Shown here: positions 63,901 to 64,000 of the stretch, in pieces | Layout: each line of letters opens with the position of its first letter | Numbering within the stretch: position 1 is the stretch's first letter | Assembly (NCBI RefSeq): GCF_004010195.1 | Contig: NC_057739.1 | Location: 45,514,176-45,578,175, forward strand | Source: Chiloscyllium plagiosum | Taxonomy: Eukaryota | Reading direction: 5' to 3' | DNA: 64,000 bases | Made by a program: the position numbers and the translations under genes | Notes under the pieces: generated by a model | Database searches by the model: none | The model's input: the letters and a program-made list of their open reading frames with translations, nothing else | What the model was told of the DNA's origin: nothing

Positions 63901-64000
63901 GCTATAGTCTCTGGTGCAGTGGAAGCTCACATGTGACCTTATTGAGGTTTATAAAATCATGAGGGATGTGGATAGGGTAACTAGGAAAGGTATTTTCCCT
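60920..64000 (+). mobile_element. CR1-clade LINE (HER1-like): ORF1 esterase plus degenerate ORF2, with a Penelope-type fragment at about 63580-63700
   Basis: ORF1 IVLVESLVRG..VIVHIGTND; APE GASDHNSI; RT GNYRPVSL, VPQESVLGP; stops and frameshifts. Confidence 0.92.

Overview
Vertebrate genomic DNA, almost certainly a cartilaginous fish (shark), inferred from HE1-type V-SINEs, DeuSINE remnants and shark-type CR1 LINEs. Three spliced genes were reconstructed by hand with GT-AG boundaries and consistent phases. SURF2 (+, 6 coding exons, 20998-26696, 244 aa) and SURF4 (-, 6 coding exons, 38843-29725, 269 aa) are complete and convergent; the first five coding exons of STKLD1 (+, 47652-60611) are present and the gene continues beyond the window. 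This is part of the Surfeit syntenic block, but no SURF1 is visible head-to-head with SURF2. Instead the ETS/YY1/E-box promoter appears to face a cryptic, decayed multi-exon unit on the minus strand (about 5.5-14.4 kb). The rest is mostly repeats: Penelope-like elements, CR1/L2/RTE/Tx1 LINE fragments, Gypsy LTR remnants, SINEs, at least six minisatellite families and a 372-N gap. The most striking non-genic signal is a set of short fold-back Penelope-derived insertions with 11-15 bp target-site duplications. Their termini carry minimal hammerhead-ribozyme cores (CUGANGA...GAAA) whose stem II and palindromic stem III co-vary between families. All calls come from reading the sequence and from recalled family knowledge; no searches were run, and repeat boundaries are approximate.
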